Shown here in pieces: positions 61,457 through 64,000 of a stretch of DNA of 64,000 nucleotides (positions within the stretch are counted from its first letter, which is position 1; every line of letters begins with the position of its first letter). Origin of the DNA: Eledone cirrhosa. Taxonomy: Eukaryota. The position numbers were made by a program, and so were the translations under genes. Under the pieces are notes generated by a model that did not search any database, was not told the DNA's origin, and saw nothing but the letters and a program-made list of their open reading frames with translations. The DNA lies in NCBI GenBank assembly GCA_964016885.1, contig OZ024741.1, positions 323,206,001-323,270,000 on the forward strand, read 5' to 3'.

Positions 61457-64000
61457 ATTGTTCATATATAAAATTATGTTGAAAGATTTTAATTTAAATA
61501 GGAACCCTTTAAAATGGGTGGTTTTGTTTTATAGAATCAGAGCTGATTTTGGCCGGGTTGGTAACAAAAGGACTAAAGAATGAAAGTATTTGGATATTGT
61601 TATCTTGCACTTTACCTAAAAAAGAAAATGAATGAAAAGATGAGTGCTCACAGTTGGAATGTCTTTGGCAACAGGATTATTTGATTATTCACCTGGAGCT
61701 AAACAACAATTTCTATATGAGGCCAAATTTTTTCTGAGGTAGATAAATGGGATTCTGTGATAATCACATTTCTCGGGGATGTTAACAACTGAAATGAAGT
61801 TATTTTTACTGATTAATCAGGAGTAAGAAGGGCAATGCCCATAATCCTTTTTCAGGGACTTTGAGACAGGTAGGAGGGAGGTATCCTAAAACCAGAGGCT
61901 TGGCCCACATTGAAACTTTACTAAATGCAGCCAAAAACTAGATAATGGTGTTAAACATGCAACAGATTAAGTCCAATTGGATTTGAACCCAAAATGCAAA
62001 GAGCCAGAACAAATACTGAAGGCAACCCATCCAATGTTTTAATAATTCTGCCAGCACCTTCTAGACAGAAAGACAAAGCTGATCTTGGCAGAATTTGAAC
62101 TCAGATGCTTAGGAGTTAGAATATATATTGCCACTAACACTTTTGCCAACTCAATGGCAAGAGCAAAGTACAAAATACCTAGAGATATTTTTTCAGACTC
62201 CATAAGATCTGAGTTCAAATCCTGCCCAAGTCAACTTTGCCTTTCAACCTTTTATAGCCAAAATATAATACCAGCTAAGAGCAACGGAATGGCAGAATTG
62301 TTAGAGCATTGGAGAAGATGCTTTGAAGTATTTTGTTACGGCTCTTTCTTGCTGTGGCCTACTTGGATAGTAAGACTTGATCTGTTGCATCAATGTAATA
62401 CAACTGCCTGCTCCTTGGGTGCTCATTGCAAAGGAATCTACTCTGTTGTAAACATTTGGGCAAGTCTCTGGTTTAAGGATATCTTCCTTTCACTCTCCCA
62501 AACTGTGACGACCCATCCAACTCATGCCACCATGGAAAACAGACGTAAACTATGACTGGGATCATGAACCTAAAGCATATCACGGATTATTCAAAAATAA
62601 ACAATTGATAGATATGGGTTCCATTATCAGTAAAACACCAGAAAAACCTAGGAGATGCAACCTTAGAGAAAGCCAGCTCAACTTGTATAGGTGTGAGAGG
62701 TAACAACATGATAGATAAGCTTGGGACAACCTATTAGTAAAACACCAGAAAAACATTATATGAGATGTAACCTTGTAGAAGGCCAGCTGTATAGGTATGA
62801 AAGGAAAAAAGAAATGAAATTTAAAACTCACACCTCTACAGGTTTAGCTGGCCTCCTACAAGGCTGTATCTCAGGACATTTCTCTGGTGTTTTAATGATA
62901 AAAGGCACAGTCTTAATCATAAAAAGCAAAATGAAATGAAGCATCTAGCTTAAGAAACACATGCCACCTGGTCCAGGAATTGAATGCACAACCTTATGAT
63001 GAGTCCAACACCCTAACCACTAGGTCAAGTGAGTTGCAAAAAGAAAAAAAGAAAAAAATTACTAGTGGCTGACATATTTTACATGTTTACAACATTTGGG
63101 GGACCATTTCAAGTACAATTATGACAAGTGATAAGGTAATTAACATTGATGATGAGTGATAAGGAAATTAATATTAATTTGTAATTAAATATGATAAAGA
63201 GTGAATTTTCAGAGTCATTAGCGCTTTGGATTTAAGTCTTCATATTTGTTCTGGCTCACTGCACTATGAGTTCAAATCCCACAGAGGTGAAGTGTACTTT
63301 TCATCCTTTTGGAAGATTATAAAGTACAGTTCACTACTAAGGTTGATTTTTTTATGGGTCTCTCTCTTTACACACACACAAACACAAAATCACATGTATT
63401 CTGACCTGGAAAGAGATGAGCTCTGATATGGTTAAAATACCAAAAACATGGCATATATCAGGACGGCGCCCATATGACCACCAAGAGTTAAGGGCCCTTT
63501 ACATCGCTTTTTTAATTAAATATTGAAGCAATGTTTAGCTGCACCACTTTAAACATCAGCTAAGAACAGGAAGTAATTCTCTTCCTACACATTTTGAAAT
63601 TTTAAAAGATGTTGAAGTGTTTTAAAAGCACAATAGACAACAGCACAGTGAGTTACCAATATATGTATGTATGCATTGTCTAATAACTGAATGGTGGGTC
63701 ACCTGACAATACCTCCTACTTCTTCACATAGCTGGGTCATATACACCCACACACATGCACTATTTCGATTAAAAAAATGTTATCTTTTCCACTCTCCCTG
63801 CCACTCATTCGACCATAGCTGTTAAGCAGGTCAAGAATTACGAATTTTAATGGGTTTTTTTAAGAGGTTTTAAGTGTGATACAGAGGATGGGTAAAAGAG
63901 AAAAAGTGAGAGTCAGGGAAAGAAAAATAGATAGAGAGAGAACAGAAAAAAAAGGAGGAAAAAGAAAGAGCTAATAATGATAGTTCCAAGAAAACTAAAA

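Noticed and set aside
62085-62555. 156-aa plus-strand ORF
   Set aside because: It starts at TTG and is stitched together from SINE fragments and an RTE-type tail.
32678-64000. Rab5 promoter and non-coding first exon (donor-like sites near 34146, 37548 and 56029; ETS-like CAGGAAGT near 63567)
   Set aside because: Such short motifs occur by chance, and no CpG-rich or otherwise distinctive promoter region is visible; transcript data are needed.

Overview
This is AT-rich, microsatellite-dense eukaryotic DNA. The SINE/RTE repertoire points to a coleoid cephalopod, probably an octopus (inference from repeat families, not proven). The only host gene I can support is a complete five-coding-exon Rab5 small GTPase on the minus strand: 32629-32467, 18856-18705, 16059-15937, 9321-9228 and 4549-4440. 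It has a 642-nt CDS (213 aa), all introns are GT-AG, and the protein ends in CCN. A splice acceptor 48 nt upstream of the ATG implies a non-coding first exon that I could not locate, so much or all of 32.7-64 kb may be intron 1. The rest is a transposon graveyard: RTE-clade LINE fragments, a CR1/L2-type RT fragment, at least three tRNA-derived SINE families, TTAA-flanked piggyBac-like MITEs, a Tc2-like MITE, a rearranged mariner, a Helitron 3' end with PIF1 helicase remnants, probable Penelope debris, and mini- and microsatellites. The items most worth following up are a C4HC3 PHD finger embedded in the RTE reverse-transcriptase ORF, several long fold-back repeats in or near the Rab5 transcription unit (candidate dsRNA/ADAR substrates), a SINE that shares its 3' tail with the RTE LINE, a 50-bp locally templated LINE junction, and degenerate hammerhead-like motifs. 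I see no prokaryote-type system such as CRISPR or an operon.
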